43,651 nt of DNA from an uncultured Francisellaceae bacterium (GCA_964485635.1 CAZAJS010000001.1:1-43651); one strand, 5' to 3'. Shown: positions 19,623 through 32,535, counted from the first letter of the stretch. Numbers and translations: made by a program. Notes: generated by a model not told the origin, from the sequence alone.

Positions 19623-20276
19623 ATGTCATTAGGTATTATTGGCCGCAAATGCGGTATGACACGTATTTTTACAGAAAATGGTCAGTCTATTCCCGTTTCT
19701 GTTGTGCATGTCGATCCTAACAAGGTTGTTCAGGTCAAAACGCAAGAAGTTGATGGCTATAATGCAGTTCAAGTAACAGCAGGTCATAAAAAACGTTCTC
19801 GCGTTAACACGCCTTTGCAGGGGCACTATGCAAAAGCAAAGGTAGAGCCTGGACGCTTGTTAAAAGAGCATCGTGTTGATGCTGAAACAGCTACGTCACT
19901 TAAAGCGGGTCAAACAATTGAAGTAACCATGTTTGATGCAGGTGATAAAGTTGATGTGACCGGTATTTCAAAAGGTAAAGGGTTTGCAGGGGTTGTTAAG
20001 CGTCATAATTTTAGTACGCAAGATGCAACACATGGAAACTCGTTAACTTATCGTGCACATGGTTCGACAGGCCAATGTCAGTCTCCTGGTCGTGTTTTTA
20101 AGAATAAAAAGATGGCAGGACAGCTCGGTAATGCAAAAACAACGGTCCAATCGCTTGAAATTGTTAAAGTCGACGCTGAAAAAGGATTATTACTATTGAA
20201 AGGTGGTATTCCTGGCGCCGTTGGTAACGATGTCTTGATTAAAGCCGCGGTTAAAAAGCAAGGCAAAGCACAATAA
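19623..20276 (+). CDS. rplC: 50S ribosomal protein L3
   Basis: [16 protein letters not shown]. Confidence 0.98.
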   Translation: MSLGIIGRKCGMTRIFTENGQSIPVSVVHVDPNKVVQVKTQEVDGYNAVQVTAGHKKRSRVNTPLQGHYAKAKVEPGRLLKEHRVDAETATSLKAGQTIEVTMFDAGDKVDVTGISKGKGFAGVVKRHNFSTQDATHGNSLTYRAHGSTGQCQSPGRVFKNKKMAGQLGNAKTTVQSLEIVKVDAEKGLLLLKGGIPGAVGNDVLIKAAVKKQGKAQ

Positions 20277-20288
20277 GGGAGACAGGCA

Positions 20289-20909
20289 GTGGAATTAAAT
20301 GTAAAAAGTTTAACAGGGCAACATTCGCAAGTGGATGTTTCTGATGCAGTCTTTGCAAGAGACTACAATGAAACGCTCGTGCATCAAGTTGTTGTAGCCT
20401 ATATGGCTGGTGCGCGCCAAGGAACAAAAGCACAAAAAACACGATCTGAAGTGGCAGGTGGTGGTGCTAAACCATGGCGTCAAAAAGGAACAGGCCGAGC
20501 ACGTGCGGGAACAATTCGTTCTCCAATTTGGCGCTCAGGTGGTGTTACATTTGCAGCAAAACCGCGTGACTATAGTCAAAAGGTTAACCGTAAAATGTAC
20601 CGTGCAGCTGTGCAGTCAATTTTATCACAACTTGTACGTAATGAGCGTTTAGTGGTTGTCGATAAGTTTGAAATGGACACACCAAAAACAAAAGCATGTG
20701 TTGAAAAGTTAAAGCAACTAAATGTATCAGATGCATTAATTGTTGTGTCACCAGAAGAGTTGACAGAAGAGTTGCATTTAGCGTCACGCAATATCAAAAA
20801 TGTTGCAGTTTGTGATGTATATGAAATCAATCCTGCCGTGTTGATTTGCTTCGACCAAGTCGTTATGACGCAAAGTGCAGTCAAAGAGATTGAGGAGCGT
20901 CTATCATGA
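20289..20909 (+). CDS. rplD: 50S ribosomal protein L4
   Basis: GTG start; [25 protein letters not shown]. Confidence 0.97.
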   Translation: MELNVKSLTGQHSQVDVSDAVFARDYNETLVHQVVVAYMAGARQGTKAQKTRSEVAGGGAKPWRQKGTGRARAGTIRSPIWRSGGVTFAAKPRDYSQKVNRKMYRAAVQSILSQLVRNERLVVVDKFEMDTPKTKACVEKLKQLNVSDALIVVSPEELTEELHLASRNIKNVAVCDVYEINPAVLICFDQVVMTQSAVKEIEERLS

Positions 20910-21202
20910 GTCAAGAGAAAATTTTAAATACATTGTTAGGCCCTCATGTATCAGATAAAGCATATACGATTGCTGATGATGGTTCACATGTGACGTTTAA
21001 AGTAGAGAAAAACGCAACGAAATTAGCCATTAAAAAAGCTGTCGAGCAGTTGTTTGATGTGAAAGTTGAGTCAGTTAATACCGTCAATGTCAAAGGAAAG
21101 AAGCGTCGTTTTGGTCGGATTGAAGGTCGGACAAAAGACTGGAAAAAAGCCTATGTCAAGCTTGCTGAAGGTCATGACATCAACTTTGTCGGGGCAGAGT
21201 AG
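20906..21202 (+). CDS. rplW: 50S ribosomal protein L23
   Basis: ATGA overlap with rplD; [19 protein letters not shown]. Confidence 0.97.
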   Translation: MSQEKILNTLLGPHVSDKAYTIADDGSHVTFKVEKNATKLAIKKAVEQLFDVKVESVNTVNVKGKKRRFGRIEGRTKDWKKAYVKLAEGHDINFVGAE

Positions 21203-21229
21203 CATAAAATTTGGTGAGGAATGATTAAT

Positions 21230-22057
21230 ATGAGTATTATAAAAGCAAAACCAACCTCCCCAGGGCGCCGTTTCGTTGTCCAGATTAAAGGAGATGATCT
21301 GTACAAGGGCCGTCCTTATCCAGGATTGGTAACAAGCAAGGCGAATTATGCAGGGCGCAATAGCCAAGGACGTATTACTGTTCGCCATAAAGGTGGCGGG
21401 AATCGTCAGCATTATCGTTTAATTGACTTTAAGCGTCGCAAAGATGATATTACATCGACTGTTGAGCGACTAGAGTATGATCCAAATCGTAGTGCGTATA
21501 TTGCATTACTTCGTTATGCTGATGGTGAGCGTCGTTATGTGATTGCAGCCAAAGGTCTAAAGCAGGGTGATACTGTTGTTTCAGGTGAGCATGTTGCGAT
21601 TAAACCAAGTAACTGTATGCCACTAAGAAGTGTGCCACTTGGGACAATTATCCATAATGTTGAGTTAAAGCCTGGTAAAGGTGCTCAAATCATTCGAAGT
21701 GCAGGAACTTCTGCGCAATTAGTTGGAAAAGATACAACTTATGCAATTGTTCGTTTGAATTCGGGTGAGGTTCGTAAAATCTTATTATCTTGTCGTGCAA
21801 CAATTGGTGCTGTATCAAATTCTGAACATAGCATTGGTTCGCTTGGGAAAGCTGGCGCAAAGCGTTGGCGTGGGGTGCGTCCTACGGTGCGTGGTGTTGC
21901 AATGAATCCAATTGATCACCCACATGGTGGTGGTGAAGGTCGAACTTCAGGTGGGCGTCATCCTGTCACACCATGGGGTCGTCCAACAAAAGGGTATAAA
22001 ACGCGTAAAAACACACGTAGTGACAAACTAGTTGTTCAACGACGCAAGAAAAAGTAA
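21230..22057 (+). CDS. rplB: 50S ribosomal protein L2
   Basis: [31 protein letters not shown]. The ATG at 21230 has GAGGA 9 nt upstream; the track start at 21221 abuts that RBS. Confidence 0.97.
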   Translation: MSIIKAKPTSPGRRFVVQIKGDDLYKGRPYPGLVTSKANYAGRNSQGRITVRHKGGGNRQHYRLIDFKRRKDDITSTVERLEYDPNRSAYIALLRYADGERRYVIAAKGLKQGDTVVSGEHVAIKPSNCMPLRSVPLGTIIHNVELKPGKGAQIIRSAGTSAQLVGKDTTYAIVRLNSGEVRKILLSCRATIGAVSNSEHSIGSLGKAGAKRWRGVRPTVRGVAMNPIDHPHGGGEGRTSGGRHPVTPWGRPTKGYKTRKNTRSDKLVVQRRKKK

Positions 22058-22074
22058 TATAAAGGGAGAGTAAC

Positions 22075-22353
22075 GTGCCACGTTCATTAAAGAAAGGACC
22101 TTTCGTCGATTATCATTTATTGAAAAAGGTTGTAGAAGCGCAAGAATCAAACGCAAAAAAACCAATTAAAACTTGGTCACGTCGTTCTATGATTGTGCCA
22201 GATATGATTGGATTGACGATTGCCGTTCATAATGGTCGCCAGCATGTACCAATTTTGATTAGTGAAAATATGATTGGTCATAAGCTTGGCGAATTTGCCA
22301 TCACACGCACTTATCGTGGGCATGCTGCCGATAAGAAAGCGAAGCGTAAATAA
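22075..22353 (+). CDS. rpsS: 30S ribosomal protein S19
   Basis: GTG start; [20 protein letters not shown]. Confidence 0.98.
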   Translation: MPRSLKKGPFVDYHLLKKVVEAQESNAKKPIKTWSRRSMIVPDMIGLTIAVHNGRQHVPILISENMIGHKLGEFAITRTYRGHAADKKAKRK

Positions 22354-22369
22354 GATTTGAGGTTGAAGA

Positions 22370-22702
22370 ATGGAAGTTCAAGCAAAATTAAGATATGCAA
22401 GAGTATCGCCACAGAAGGCGCGTCTTGTCGCTGACCAAGTGCGTGGTCTGCCCGTTGAGCAGGCGCTGAATTTATTAACGTTTAGCAATAAAAAATCTGC
22501 TAACCTTGTAAGAGAAGTGCTTAATTCAGCAATTGCAAATGCTGAGCACAATGAGGGGATGGATATTGATGAGCTGTATGTGTCGACAATCTGCGTGGAT
22601 GAAGGCCCTACGATGAAACGTTTTAGAGCTCGCGCAAAAGGTCGAGGCGATCGTATTTTAAAACGCGCTTCTCACATCACTGTGAAAGTTGCTGAGAAAT
22701 AA
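22370..22702 (+). CDS. rplV: 50S ribosomal protein L22
   Basis: [22 protein letters not shown]. Confidence 0.98.
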   Translation: MEVQAKLRYARVSPQKARLVADQVRGLPVEQALNLLTFSNKKSANLVREVLNSAIANAEHNEGMDIDELYVSTICVDEGPTMKRFRARAKGRGDRILKRASHITVKVAEK

Positions 22703-22716
22703 AAAGGGGCAAATTA

Positions 22717-23424
22717 ATGGGTCAAAAAGTAAATCCAACTGGTATCCGTTTAGGTTATATTAAAGATTGGAATTCTGTTTGGTATGCAGATAGTAAACAC
22801 TATGCAGATCAACTGAATTCTGATATCCAAATTCGCGAATTTTTACATAAAAAATTAGCCAATGCGGCCGTAAGTAAAATTAAAATTGAGCGTCCAGCTC
22901 AGAATGCAAAAATTACGATTCACACAGCACGACCAGGTATTGTTATTGGTCGTAAAGGTGAAGATGTTGAAATGTTAAAGGAAGAAGTATCAAAGCGTAT
23001 CGGACTTCCTGTGCAGATCAATATTGAAGAAATTCGCAAGCCAGAGCTTGATGCAAAGCTCGTTGCCGACGGTGTTGCCCAGCAATTAGAAAAGCGTGTA
23101 ATGTTTCGTCGTGCGATGAAACGTGCAGTGCAATCAGCAATGAAAACTGGCGCTCAAGGCGTGAAGGTTGTTGTGTCTGGCCGTGTTGGTGGCGCAGAAA
23201 TCGCACGTTCAGAGTGGCAAAAAGAAGGGCGGATTCCATTGCATACATTTCGTGCAGATATTGATTATGCAGCATCAGAAGCTTTAACAGCTTATGGGAT
23301 CATTGGTGTGAAGGTTTGGATATTTAAAGGTGAAGTATTGCCAGGTGATGTGCATGATTCTGAAACATCGAATCAAGCAGATAAAAAACCTTCCTCAAAG
23401 AACAATAAAAGAGGAGCAAAATAA
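22717..23424 (+). CDS. rpsC: 30S ribosomal protein S3
   Basis: [21 protein letters not shown]. Confidence 0.98.
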   Translation: MGQKVNPTGIRLGYIKDWNSVWYADSKHYADQLNSDIQIREFLHKKLANAAVSKIKIERPAQNAKITIHTARPGIVIGRKGEDVEMLKEEVSKRIGLPVQINIEEIRKPELDAKLVADGVAQQLEKRVMFRRAMKRAVQSAMKTGAQGVKVVVSGRVGGAEIARSEWQKEGRIPLHTFRADIDYAASEALTAYGIIGVKVWIFKGEVLPGDVHDSETSNQADKKPSSKNNKRGAK

Positions 23425-23837
23425 TGCTGCAGCCAAAGCGAACAAAATTTCGTAAACAGCAAAAGATGCGCAATCGTGGCTTAGCCCACCGTGGCAATAA
23501 AGTTGATTTTGGTGATTTTGGTTTGCAGGCGACTTCTCGTGGACGCATTTCAGCGCGTCAAATCGAGGCTGGACGTCGAGCCATTAATCGTCATGTAAAG
23601 CGTGGTGGTAAAGTCTGGATTCGAATTTTTCCAGATAAGCCAATTACTGAAAAACCTTTAGAAGTTCGTATGGGTAAAGGAAAAGGGAACGTTGAGTACT
23701 GGGTTGCTCAAATCAAACCTGGAAAAATGCTATATGAAATTCAAGGGGTTAGTGAACAGCTCGCACGTGAAGCGTTTAAACGTGCTGCTGCCAAGCTTCC
23801 AGTATCAACAACGTTTGTAGAAAAGACGGTGATGTAA
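23424..23837 (+). CDS. rplP: 50S ribosomal protein L16
   Basis: [28 protein letters not shown]; 1-nt overlap with the rpsC stop. Confidence 0.98.
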   Translation: MLQPKRTKFRKQQKMRNRGLAHRGNKVDFGDFGLQATSRGRISARQIEAGRRAINRHVKRGGKVWIRIFPDKPITEKPLEVRMGKGKGNVEYWVAQIKPGKMLYEIQGVSEQLAREAFKRAAAKLPVSTTFVEKTVM

Positions 23838-24046
23838 TGAAAAAAACAGAGCAGTTAAAAGAGTTAAGAGAAAAAACTCCCCAGCAATTGCAAGAGCGTA
23901 AAATTGAACTATTAAAAGAGCAGTTTAATTTGCGCATGCAAAAAGGGACTGGGCAATTAACACAAAACCATTTGTTTAAAAAGAATCGACGCGAAATTGC
24001 TCAAATTAATACAGTAATAACAGAGAAAATGAAAGCAGGTGCATGA
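23837..24046 (+). CDS. rpmC: 50S ribosomal protein L29
   Basis: [27 protein letters not shown]. Confidence 0.96.
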   Translation: MKKTEQLKELREKTPQQLQERKIELLKEQFNLRMQKGTGQLTQNHLFKKNRREIAQINTVITEKMKAGA

Positions 24047-24303
24047 GCATGAGTGGTGAAAAATTAAGAACATTGCGTGGGAAAGTGATCAGCGACAAAA
24101 TGGATAAAACCATTACTGTATTAGTGGAACGTCGAGTCAAACATCCACTTTATGGTAAGTTTGTGAAGCGATCAACTAAATATCACACCCATGATGAAAA
24201 TAATGAATGCCGAACTGGCGATACAGTAACAATTACTGAGCATCGTCCGTATTCAAAAACAAAAAAATGGCGTCTTGTTTCAGTTATTGATCGTGCCAAA
24301 TAA
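24043..24303 (+). CDS. rpsQ: 30S ribosomal protein S17
   Basis: [32 protein letters not shown]; ATGA overlap with rpmC. Confidence 0.97.
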   Translation: MSMSGEKLRTLRGKVISDKMDKTITVLVERRVKHPLYGKFVKRSTKYHTHDENNECRTGDTVTITEHRPYSKTKKWRLVSVIDRAK

Positions 24304-24307
24304 GCGC

Positions 24308-24336
24308 TTTACGTTTAAAAAATAACTTGGTATAAT
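24308..24336 (+). promoter_or_regulatory. Candidate spc-operon promoter (TTTACG - 17 nt - TGgTATAAT)
   Basis: The -35-like TTTACG lies at 24308-24313. A perfect extended -10, TGGTATAAT, ends at 24336. Both sit in the 85-nt rpsQ-rplN spacer, the position of the spc promoter in E. coli. Confidence 0.6.
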
Positions 24337-24388
24337 GAACGCCTTTTCAGCAATGCTGATAAATACTTGACTCGAAGAGGGTAATAAC

Positions 24389-24757
24389 ATGATTCAGATG
24401 CAAACTGAACTGCAGGTTGCAGATAATAGTGGTGCACGTAAAGTAGAGTGTATCAAAGTTTTAGGGGGGTCACATCGCCGGTATGCCTCTATTGGTGATA
24501 TTATTAAAGTGACAGTCAAAGAAGCTAGTCCACGTGGCCGTGTTAAAAAGGGTAATGTGTACAGTGCTGTTGTTGTGCGGACAGCTTATGGCGTTCGTCG
24601 TCAAGATGGATCAGTGATTCGTTTTGATAACAATGCTGTTGTATTATTGAATCAAAATGAGCAGCCAGTTGGTACGCGTATTTTTGGTCCTGTAACACGT
24701 GAGCTACGGACGGATAACTTTATGAAAATTGTTTCACTTGCCCCTGAAGTGCTTTAA
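24389..24757 (+). CDS. rplN: 50S ribosomal protein L14
   Basis: [18 protein letters not shown]. Confidence 0.98.
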   Translation: MIQMQTELQVADNSGARKVECIKVLGGSHRRYASIGDIIKVTVKEASPRGRVKKGNVYSAVVVRTAYGVRRQDGSVIRFDNNAVVLLNQNEQPVGTRIFGPVTRELRTDNFMKIVSLAPEVL

Positions 24758-24770
24758 TCTGGAGGGTAAA

Positions 24771-25097
24771 ATGATTAAAAAGCTAAAAAAAGGTGATGAC
24801 GTTATTGTCATCGCAGGAAAAAATAAAGGCAGCCGTGGCGTAATCACTGCAGTACACCCAGAAAAAAACCGTGTCGTTGTTGAAGGCATTAATATGATGA
24901 AAAAACATGTTAAGCCAAATCCAAACCGCGGTGTTGAAGGTGGTATTGTTGAGAAAGAAGCGCCGATTCATGCTTCAAATATTGCTCTGTACAACCCAGA
25001 GACAAAAAAAGCAGATCGTGTTGGTTTTAAATGGGTTGAAGATGGTAGCAAAAAAGTTCGCTACTTTAAATCAAATGGCGAACTAGTAGACGTATAG
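24771..25097 (+). CDS. rplX: 50S ribosomal protein L24
   Basis: [23 protein letters not shown]; GGAGGG RBS. The track start at 24729 overlaps rplN. Confidence 0.97.
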   Translation: MIKKLKKGDDVIVIAGKNKGSRGVITAVHPEKNRVVVEGINMMKKHVKPNPNRGVEGGIVEKEAPIHASNIALYNPETKKADRVGFKWVEDGSKKVRYFKSNGELVDV

Positions 25098-25105
25098 GTG
25101 AGGAT

Positions 25106-25645
25106 ATGGCAAGGCTAAAGACTTTTTATAAAGAAAAAGCTGCTCCTCAGGTTAAGCAAGCGCTTAATATTGACAATGTGATGGCTGTGCCAAGCATTGA
25201 AAAAATTACGCTGAACATGGGCCTAGGAGAAGCAGCAAAAGATAAAAAGGTGTTGCAGGCAGCAGTCACCGATTTAGAAAAAATTGCAGGTCAAAAACCT
25301 GTTGTTACAGTAGCGAAAAAGTCAGTTGCAGGCTTTAAAATTCGTGAAGGTTGGCCCATTGGCGCCAAAGTAACGTTACGTGGCACACGTATGTATGAAT
25401 TTTTGGATCGTTTGATTACCGTGGCAATTCCTCGTATTCGTGATTTCCGAGGGTTTAGTCCAAAATCATTTGATGGACATGGCAATTATAGTATGGGAAT
25501 TCGCGAGCATATTGCGTTTCCAGAAATTGACTATGACAAAATTGATGCAATGCGTGGTCTTGATATCACGATCACAACAAGCGCGAAAGATGATCAGGCG
25601 GCCGAAGCATTGTTACGTGCATTTGGCTTCCCATTGAAAGGGTAA
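25106..25645 (+). CDS. rplE: 50S ribosomal protein L5
   Basis: [21 protein letters not shown]. Confidence 0.98.
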   Translation: MARLKTFYKEKAAPQVKQALNIDNVMAVPSIEKITLNMGLGEAAKDKKVLQAAVTDLEKIAGQKPVVTVAKKSVAGFKIREGWPIGAKVTLRGTRMYEFLDRLITVAIPRIRDFRGFSPKSFDGHGNYSMGIREHIAFPEIDYDKIDAMRGLDITITTSAKDDQAAEALLRAFGFPLKG

Positions 25646-25657
25646 AGGAGTTGCAAT

Positions 25658-25963
25658 ATGGCCAAAAAAGGCATGGTCGAAAGAGAGCATAAAAAACAAC
25701 GTTTAGTTGCTAAATACGCTCAAAAAAGAGCTGAGCTAAAAGCAATTATTCATGATGTTAATGCCAGTGAAGAAGAAAAGTGGAAAGCACAGATTGCATT
25801 GCAACAATTGCCAAAAGGCTCTTGTCCAACGCAATTGCAGCGTCGTTGCCGGATAACGGGTCGACCACATGGTGTTTACCGTAAATTTGGTCTAGCCCGA
25901 AATAAGCTGCGTCAGCATGCTATGCAGGGTGATGTTCCAGGTTTGACAAAAGCAAGCTGGTAA
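25658..25963 (+). CDS. rpsN: 30S ribosomal protein S14 (long, 101-aa form)
   Basis: [27 protein letters not shown]. Confidence 0.97.
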   Translation: MAKKGMVEREHKKQRLVAKYAQKRAELKAIIHDVNASEEEKWKAQIALQQLPKGSCPTQLQRRCRITGRPHGVYRKFGLARNKLRQHAMQGDVPGLTKASW

Positions 25964-25983
25964 GAATAAAGGAAAGAATAGTT

Positions 25984-26379
25984 ATGAGTATGCAAGACCC
26001 TATTTCAGATATGTTGACACGGATTCGTAACGGCTTTTCTGCAAATAAAGAAAGTGTTACATTGCCACTGTCTAAACAAAAGCGTGCCATTGCTGATGTG
26101 TTACAGCAGGAAGGGTATATTCGCGGCTATGAAGTGGCAGAAGCCGATAAAAAGGGACAATTGACCGTTCATTTGAAATATCATAATGGTCAACCTGTTT
26201 TAGAAATGATTAAGCGTGTAAGTCGTCCAAGTTTGCGTGTTTATCGTAGTGCAGACGATTTGCCACGCGTATATAATGGTCTCGGCGTGGCAGTGATTTC
26301 AACCTCACAAGGAATGATGTCTGACCGTCAAGCACGAAAAAATCACATTGGTGGCGAAGTAGTTTGCTACGTGGCATAA
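25984..26379 (+). CDS. rpsH: 30S ribosomal protein S8
   Basis: [17 protein letters not shown]. Confidence 0.98.
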   Translation: MSMQDPISDMLTRIRNGFSANKESVTLPLSKQKRAIADVLQQEGYIRGYEVAEADKKGQLTVHLKYHNGQPVLEMIKRVSRPSLRVYRSADDLPRVYNGLGVAVISTSQGMMSDRQARKNHIGGEVVCYVA

Positions 26380-26395
26380 GCTTAGGAGAAGACGA

Positions 26396-26929
26396 ATGTC
26401 TAGAATTGGTAAAAAACCAGTCGAGTTGCCAGCTGGAGTAGAGTTGCAGTTTGAAGATAATGTGGTAACAGTTAAGAAAGGAAGTGATTCTCTTCAACAA
26501 GCGTTAAGCCGACTTGTAACTGTTGAGCAACAAGATAATGTTGTCACAGTTAAGCCTGTTAAAAATACCCAACAAGCCGTTGCACAATCGGGCACAGCGC
26601 GTGCATTGATCAGCAACATGGTAGTTGGTTTAACAAAAGGTTTTGAAAAACGTTTAAATTTAGTCGGTGTTGGTTATCGTGCTAAATTAGAAGGGCAATC
26701 TTTAAATTTAACCCTTGGTTTCTCACATCCAGTTAATCATCCATTACCAACGGGTGTATCAGCTGAATTGCCTTCACAAACTGAAATTGTGCTAAAAAGT
26801 GCAAATAAACAGTTATTAGGGCAAGTTGCCGCAGAAATCCGTGGCTATCGCCCGCCTGAGCCTTATAAAGGTAAAGGTGTGAAGTATGCTGATGAAACTA
26901 TTGTTCGTAAAGAAGCTAAGAAAAAATAA
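26396..26929 (+). CDS. rplF: 50S ribosomal protein L6
   Basis: MSRIGKKPVELPAGVE. Confidence 0.98.
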   Translation: MSRIGKKPVELPAGVELQFEDNVVTVKKGSDSLQQALSRLVTVEQQDNVVTVKPVKNTQQAVAQSGTARALISNMVVGLTKGFEKRLNLVGVGYRAKLEGQSLNLTLGFSHPVNHPLPTGVSAELPSQTEIVLKSANKQLLGQVAAEIRGYRPPEPYKGKGVKYADETIVRKEAKKK

Positions 26930-26942
26930 GTGAGTGCGCGAT

Positions 26943-27299
26943 ATGGATAAGAAAATGGCTCGTTTGCGTCGTGCAAGACGTACTCGGTTAAAATTAAGAG
27001 CATTAAACAAAGTCCGTTTGTGTGTGCATAAAACGCCACGGCATATTTATGCACAAGTGTTTTCTGGAGATGGATCAACTGTGTTAGCCTGTGCATCAAC
27101 TGTTGAAAATTCAATCAGCAAAGAATGCAATGCTAACGGTGGTAATGTAGAAGCGGCAAAAATTGTCGGACGCCATATAGCTCAACGTAGTATTGAAAAT
27201 GGTGTTAAATCAGCAGGTTTTGATCGTTCTGGTTTTCGTTATCATGGACGCGTTAAGGCATTAGCTGAATCAGCTAGAGAACATGGTTTACAAATTTAA
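26943..27299 (+). CDS. rplR: 50S ribosomal protein L18
   Basis: [19 protein letters not shown]. The ATG at 26943 is preferred over the GTG at 26934 used by the track. Confidence 0.96.
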   Translation: MDKKMARLRRARRTRLKLRALNKVRLCVHKTPRHIYAQVFSGDGSTVLACASTVENSISKECNANGGNVEAAKIVGRHIAQRSIENGVKSAGFDRSGFRYHGRVKALAESAREHGLQI

Positions 27300-27316
27300 A
27301 AACAGGACAATAAATT

Positions 27317-27817
27317 ATGGCTAACGACATGCAAAGATCAGACGGATTAACAGAAAAGTTAGTTAGTGTGAAGCGTCATGCAAAGACGGTTAAAGGCGGC
27401 AGAATTATGAGCTTTGCAGCTTTAACAGTTGTTGGTGATGGCAAAGGAAAAGTTGGCAGTGGTCGTGGGAAAGCGCGCGAAGTGCCAGTAGCAATTCAAA
27501 AAGCAATGGAAGATGCTCGAAAAAATATGGTACAAGTTAGCCTAAACGGTGATACATTGTGGTATTCAAGAACAGCATCACACGGTGCATCAAAAGTATA
27601 TATGCAACCGGCCTCACCGGGTACTGGGATTATTGCTGGTGGTGCAATGCGTGCTGTATTTGAGGTCGTCGGTGTGCATAACGTTTTAGCTAAAACCTAT
27701 GGTTCGACAAACCCTGTCAATGTTGTGCGTGCAACTGTTAATGGCTTAGCTGGGATTCATTCACCAGAAGCATTTGCAGAAAAGCGTGGTTTGTCAGTCG
27801 AAGAGATTCAAGGGTAA
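27317..27817 (+). CDS. rpsE: 30S ribosomal protein S5
   Basis: [27 protein letters not shown]. Confidence 0.98.
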   Translation: MANDMQRSDGLTEKLVSVKRHAKTVKGGRIMSFAALTVVGDGKGKVGSGRGKAREVPVAIQKAMEDARKNMVQVSLNGDTLWYSRTASHGASKVYMQPASPGTGIIAGGAMRAVFEVVGVHNVLAKTYGSTNPVNVVRATVNGLAGIHSPEAFAEKRGLSVEEIQG

Positions 27818-27823
27818 TTCAAC

Positions 27824-28009
27824 ATGACTAATGCAAAAACATTTAAAGTGACATTAATGAAAAGCTTGATTAGTCGCAAGCAATCGCATATTGCTTGCGC
27901 AAAAGGGCTTGGTTTACGTAAAATTCGTCATACTGTTGAAGTGCTTGATACACCAGAAAACCGTGGTATGGCGAATAAAATTGCATACATGGTCCGCATA
28001 GAGGAGTGA
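27824..28009 (+). CDS. rpmD: 50S ribosomal protein L30
   Basis: [27 protein letters not shown]. Confidence 0.96.
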   Translation: MTNAKTFKVTLMKSLISRKQSHIACAKGLGLRKIRHTVEVLDTPENRGMANKIAYMVRIEE

Positions 28010-28015
28010 TGGATA

Positions 28016-28450
28016 ATGAAATTAAATACCTTATCACCAATTGAAGGAACAAAGCATTCGCGTAAGCGCGTTGGTCGTGGAATTGGTAGTGGTCTTGGCA
28101 AAACATCGGCGCGAGGCCATAAAGGTCAGAAAGCGCGTTCAGGTGGTTACACAAAAGTCGGATTTGAAGGTGGTCAAATGCCTTTGCAAAGACGTCTGCC
28201 AAAGTTTGGTTTCACTTCACGAGTTGGGCGTAAGATTGCGCAAGTGAGAACACAAGAATTAAATAGTGTTCAGGCTGAAGTGATTGATCTAGCAGCGTTG
28301 AAACAAGCAGGACTTGTCCGAAAAGATATGACATCTGTGCGCATTATGGCTTCAGGTGAATTACAAAAGCCTGTGACAGTCAGTCGTTTTGTTTATTGTA
28401 CAAAAGGTGCAAAGCAAGCGATTGAACAAGCAGGCGGCAAAATAGAGTGA
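28016..28450 (+). CDS. rplO: 50S ribosomal protein L15
   Basis: [30 protein letters not shown]. Confidence 0.98.
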   Translation: MKLNTLSPIEGTKHSRKRVGRGIGSGLGKTSARGHKGQKARSGGYTKVGFEGGQMPLQRRLPKFGFTSRVGRKIAQVRTQELNSVQAEVIDLAALKQAGLVRKDMTSVRIMASGELQKPVTVSRFVYCTKGAKQAIEQAGGKIE

Positions 28451-28458
28451 TTTAAGCA

Positions 28459-29796
28459 ATGGCAAATAACACAGCAACACAAGGCGGTGGGATGAAAGAG
28501 TTACGTAATCGAGTGCTTTTTGTCTTACTCGGAATTATTGTTTTTCGTTTTGGCGTTTACGTCCCGATTCCGTATATTGATTCACATCAGCTACTAAACA
28601 TCATGAATCAAAAAACCCAAGATAATGGGTTGCTTAACATGTTTAACATGTTTTCTGGTGGAGCCTTGACGCGCTTAAGTGTATTTGCTTTAGGTGTGAT
28701 GCCCTATATTTCTGCTTCAATTATTTTCCAAATGCTAACGGCTGTTAGTCCAAAGCTAATGGAATTGAAAAAAGAAGGAGAATCAGGGCAAAAGAAAATC
28801 ACCCAGTATACACGGTATGCAACACTTGGATTAGCATTATTACAATCGCTAGGAATTGCTGTGTATGCAACCAATATGCCACAAGATATTGTAACAACCG
28901 CATCGATTGGGCTTTTTTATTTTACAACGATCCTATCTGTAACAACAGGTAGTATCTTTTTAATGTGGGTTGGTGAGCAAATTACTGAAAGAGGAATTGG
29001 CAACGGGATATCTTTGCTTATTTTCTCAGGAATTGTTGCTAAACTGCCTGGTGAAATTTATACAACATTAAAACAAGCGGGTGAGCCAGGTTCAGGGATT
29101 ACTTACTGGACAGTTTGGATCTTATTAATCTTGCTGCTAGCTGTGGTTGCTTTTGTTGTATTCATGGAGCGTGCGCAGCGGCGTATTACTGTTAACTATG
29201 CAAAACGTCAGCAAGGGCGGAAAATGTATGGGGCGCAAACAAGCCATTTGCCGTTAAAGCTTAATATGGCTGGCGTCATTCCTGCAATTTTTGCCTCATC
29301 AATTTTAATGGTGCCAGCTTTATTATCTGAATGGTTTGGTAGTAGTCAATATTTTGGTTGGCTTGGATACATTGGTGATGCATTGCGTCAAGGTAGTTTC
29401 TTATATACAATTGTATTTGCATCAACGATTATCTTCTTTTGTTTCTTTTACACATCATTAGTATTTAATCCAAAAGAAACAGCTGATAACTTAAAACGTT
29501 CAGGTGCTTATATTTCAGGAGTGCGTCCAGGTGAGCAAACTGCTAAATATATTGATGGTGTTATGAGTCGTTTGACATTAGTTGGGTCTTTATATATTAC
29601 AGCAATTTGTTTGTTGCCTATTTTTATCATGAATTATGTTAGTCAAAGTTTATCGTTTACATTTGGCGGGACATCGTTATTGATTGTTGTTGTCGTTATT
29701 ATGGATTTTATGGCCCAAGTGCAATCACACTTAATGTCAACACAATATGACTCAATGCTTAAAAAAGCAAACTTATCAAGTTATGGGCGTCGGTAA
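28459..29796 (+). CDS. secY: Preprotein translocase subunit SecY
   Basis: 445 aa, 10 TM helices; [29 protein letters not shown]. Confidence 0.98.
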   Translation: MANNTATQGGGMKELRNRVLFVLLGIIVFRFGVYVPIPYIDSHQLLNIMNQKTQDNGLLNMFNMFSGGALTRLSVFALGVMPYISASIIFQMLTAVSPKLMELKKEGESGQKKITQYTRYATLGLALLQSLGIAVYATNMPQDIVTTASIGLFYFTTILSVTTGSIFLMWVGEQITERGIGNGISLLIFSGIVAKLPGEIYTTLKQAGEPGSGITYWTVWILLILLLAVVAFVVFMERAQRRITVNYAKRQQGRKMYGAQTSHLPLKLNMAGVIPAIFASSILMVPALLSEWFGSSQYFGWLGYIGDALRQGSFLYTIVFASTIIFFCFFYTSLVFNPKETADNLKRSGAYISGVRPGEQTAKYIDGVMSRLTLVGSLYITAICLLPIFIMNYVSQSLSFTFGGTSLLIVVVVIMDFMAQVQSHLMSTQYDSMLKKANLSSYGRR

Positions 29797-29828
29797 ATCG
29801 ATACCAAACAAATAAAGAGGATGAGAAA

Positions 29829-29942
29829 ATGAAAGTAAGAGCTTCAGTAAAAAAAATCTGCCGTAACTGTAAAATCATTAAACGTAATCGTGTTGTGCGT
29901 GTGATTTGTACAGACGGCCGTCATAAGCAACGTCAAGGTTAA
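29829..29942 (+). CDS. rpmJ: 50S ribosomal protein L36 (Zn-ribbon type)
   Basis: Not in the ORF track. My translation is [37 protein letters not shown] (37 aa), with GAGGA 8 nt upstream. It sits in the canonical position after secY and has the CxxC..C..H ligand pattern. Confidence 0.93.
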   Translation: MKVRASVKKICRNCKIIKRNRVVRVICTDGRHKQRQG

Positions 29943-29954
29943 GCTATTAAAGAC

Positions 29955-29983
29955 TTGATTTTGTTTTTAAAAATCGCTATATT
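29955..29983 (+). promoter_or_regulatory. Candidate alpha-operon promoter (TTGATT - 17 nt - TATATT)
   Basis: The hexamers lie at 29955-29960 and 29978-29983, within the 95-nt rpmJ-rpsM spacer. Confidence 0.5.
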
Positions 29984-30037
29984 AAAGAACTTGAGTAGTT
30001 TTTGGAAAAAAATAGATGAAATTAGGAGTGTAGTTGA

Positions 30038-30394
30038 ATGGCGCGTATAGCGGGTGTAAATGTACCAGATCATAAGCATGCTTCGATTGCATTAACTGCA
30101 ATCTATGGCATTGGAAGAACAAAAGCCCTTGAAATTTGTCACACATGTGACATTGAGCCTAGCCAACGGTTTAAAGACTTAAGTAATGAAAAAATTGAGT
30201 CAGTGCGGAAGGCAGTGGCAAATTATGAAGTGGAAGGCGATTTGCGCCGTGAAGTGTCAATGAACATCAAGCGTCTGATGGATCTTGGTACTTACCGTGG
30301 TCGTCGTCATCGTCGTAATTTACCAGTTCGAGGGCAACACACTAAAAATAATGCGCGGACGCGTAAAGGCCCTAGAAAGCCAATTCGTGCATAA
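30038..30394 (+). CDS. rpsM: 30S ribosomal protein S13
   Basis: [21 protein letters not shown]. Confidence 0.98.
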   Translation: MARIAGVNVPDHKHASIALTAIYGIGRTKALEICHTCDIEPSQRFKDLSNEKIESVRKAVANYEVEGDLRREVSMNIKRLMDLGTYRGRRHRRNLPVRGQHTKNNARTRKGPRKPIRA

Positions 30395-30440
30395 ATTTTG
30401 ATGTCAAATGGTTATAGTGAATAAATTTAGGGATTAAAGA

Positions 30441-30830
30441 ATGGCTAAATCGGTAAAGTCTTCAAAGAAAAAAATTAAACGAACCGTTGTTGATGCAGTT
30501 GCGCATGTACATGCTTCTTTTAATAATACGATTGTGACAATCACAGATCGTCAAGGAAATGCATTATCATGGGCAACTTCAGGTGGTAGTGGCTTTCGTG
30601 GCTCACGTAAAAGTACGCCATTTGCAGCCCAGGTTGCCGCAGAGCGAGCTGGTGAAGCAGCAACAGAGTATGGGGTTAAAAACTTAGATGTCTTAGTAAG
30701 AGGTCCAGGACCGGGTCGTGAGTCAGCGGTTAGATCTTTGAATGCTAAAGGCTTCAAAATTACGAGCATTGCGGATGTGACGCCGTTACCTCACAATGGG
30801 TGTCGCCCACCAAAGAAACGTCGTGTCTAA
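30441..30830 (+). CDS. rpsK: 30S ribosomal protein S11
   Basis: [27 protein letters not shown]. Confidence 0.98.
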   Translation: MAKSVKSSKKKIKRTVVDAVAHVHASFNNTIVTITDRQGNALSWATSGGSGFRGSRKSTPFAAQVAAERAGEAATEYGVKNLDVLVRGPGPGRESAVRSLNAKGFKITSIADVTPLPHNGCRPPKKRRV

Positions 30831-30859
30831 AGATTGTTGAAGGTTTAAGGTGAATTAAA

Positions 30860-31480
30860 ATGGCAAAGTATATAGGACCAAAATGTAAATTGGCGCGCCG
30901 TGAAGGGGTCGATTTAGAATTAAAAAGTGGCGCAAGAGCCCTTGAAGATAAGTGCAAGATTAACCAAGTTCCAGGAGAACATGGCACACGTCGTACGCGT
31001 TTATCTGATTATGGCTTGCAATTGCGTGAAAAACAAAAAGTACGTCGTATTTATGGTGTGCTTGAAAATCAGTTTCGCCGTTATTATCATGAGGCAGCGC
31101 GCCGGAAAGGGAACACAGGATCGTTATTGCTTGAATTATTAGAAGCAAGGCTAGATAATGTTGTTTACCGTATGGGGCTTGCGAGTACTCGTGCTGAAGC
31201 GCGCCAAATGGTTGGGCATAAGGCTTTCTTGGTCAATGGTCGCAATTGTAATATCCCATCCTATCATGTTCAAACTAATGATGTGATTTCAGTTCGGGAA
31301 CGTTGCAAAAAACAAATGCGTATCCAAAATGCGTTAGAACTTGCCAAGCAAAAAACATCAGTTCCATGGATTGAGTTTGATGAAACTAAGCTTGAAGGGA
31401 CAATGCAAAGTCAGCCGGATCGGGCTGAACTATCTGCTGAAATTAATGAGCAGTTGATTGTTGAGCTATATTCTAAATAA
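30860..31480 (+). CDS. rpsD: 30S ribosomal protein S4
   Basis: [32 protein letters not shown]. Confidence 0.98.
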   Translation: MAKYIGPKCKLARREGVDLELKSGARALEDKCKINQVPGEHGTRRTRLSDYGLQLREKQKVRRIYGVLENQFRRYYHEAARRKGNTGSLLLELLEARLDNVVYRMGLASTRAEARQMVGHKAFLVNGRNCNIPSYHVQTNDVISVRERCKKQMRIQNALELAKQKTSVPWIEFDETKLEGTMQSQPDRAELSAEINEQLIVELYSK

Positions 31481-31514
31481 TCGTACCACATGATGGTAAA
31501 TGGAGATTGCTTCG

Positions 31515-32495
31515 ATGCAACAAACACAGCAAGCAGAGCAACATAAACCTCAGATTTCAGCGGTTGATACGCTGAAAAAAGATCAGTATCAAGTTACATT
31601 AGCACCTGTTGAAAAAGGAATGGGTGTGGTGCTTGGGAATGCCTTACGTCGGATCATTTTATCATCTATGCCAGGGTCTGCAATTACGCATGCGACTGTT
31701 GAAGGTGCGATGCATGAATATAGTGTATTGTCAGGTGTCCAAGAAGATGTCGTTGAAATATTGCTTAATTTAAAGAGAATGGCTGTATCAATGGGATCTG
31801 ACTGTACAGAAGGTTATCTGACCTTAGACAAACAAGGTCCAGGTGTTGTTAAAGCTAAAGACTTTGTCCCGTCGAATTTCGTTGAAGTCGCGGATGATAA
31901 TTATGTTGTTGCGCACTTGAATGAAGGTGGGCACTTAAAAATGACACTTTATGTTGGACGTGGTCGAGGTTACCAGCAAGCATCAGTCACGCAAGATCAA
32001 CAGAATGATGTTGTCGGGAAAATGAGCATTGATGCAATTTACTCTCCAGTAAGAGAGTTGACCTTTCATGTCACTCCAATTGACAATGATTCAGAGCAAT
32101 TGCATTTAGTCATGCAAACTAATGGCACAGTCACACCAGAACAAATTATTGAAATTGGTATGACTTATTTTTATGAGCAAATTAGTGTTTTTGTTGATCT
32201 AAAAGCACCAGTTGGCTATCAAAATGATAATGGTGTTCCTGATATTGATCCGTTATTATTACGTCCTGTTGAAGATTTAGAATTAACAGTACGTTCAGCA
32301 AATTGCCTAAAAACACAAAATGTTCGTTATTTAGGTGATTTGGTTCAGTATACAGAAGCTGATTTATTGCAGTTTCCTAATTTAGGTAAAAAATCTTTAA
32401 ATGAGATTAAAGCTGTATTAGCAGAGCGTGGGTTATCTTTAGGTGTTAAGATTGATAACTGGCCTCCTGAACAATTTAAAAAAGTAAACGAATGA
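31515..32495 (+). CDS. rpoA: DNA-directed RNA polymerase subunit alpha
   Basis: [14 protein letters not shown] and [15 protein letters not shown]. The ATG at 31515 has GGAG 9 nt upstream and gives an E. coli-like N-terminal length. The track start at 31500 is the alternative. Confidence 0.96.
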   Translation: MQQTQQAEQHKPQISAVDTLKKDQYQVTLAPVEKGMGVVLGNALRRIILSSMPGSAITHATVEGAMHEYSVLSGVQEDVVEILLNLKRMAVSMGSDCTEGYLTLDKQGPGVVKAKDFVPSNFVEVADDNYVVAHLNEGGHLKMTLYVGRGRGYQQASVTQDQQNDVVGKMSIDAIYSPVRELTFHVTPIDNDSEQLHLVMQTNGTVTPEQIIEIGMTYFYEQISVFVDLKAPVGYQNDNGVPDIDPLLLRPVEDLELTVRSANCLKTQNVRYLGDLVQYTEADLLQFPNLGKKSLNEIKAVLAERGLSLGVKIDNWPPEQFKKVNE

Positions 32496-32535
32496 TCGTT
32501 TCATCATAATTTTAACTAAAAAAAAGGAATGAACT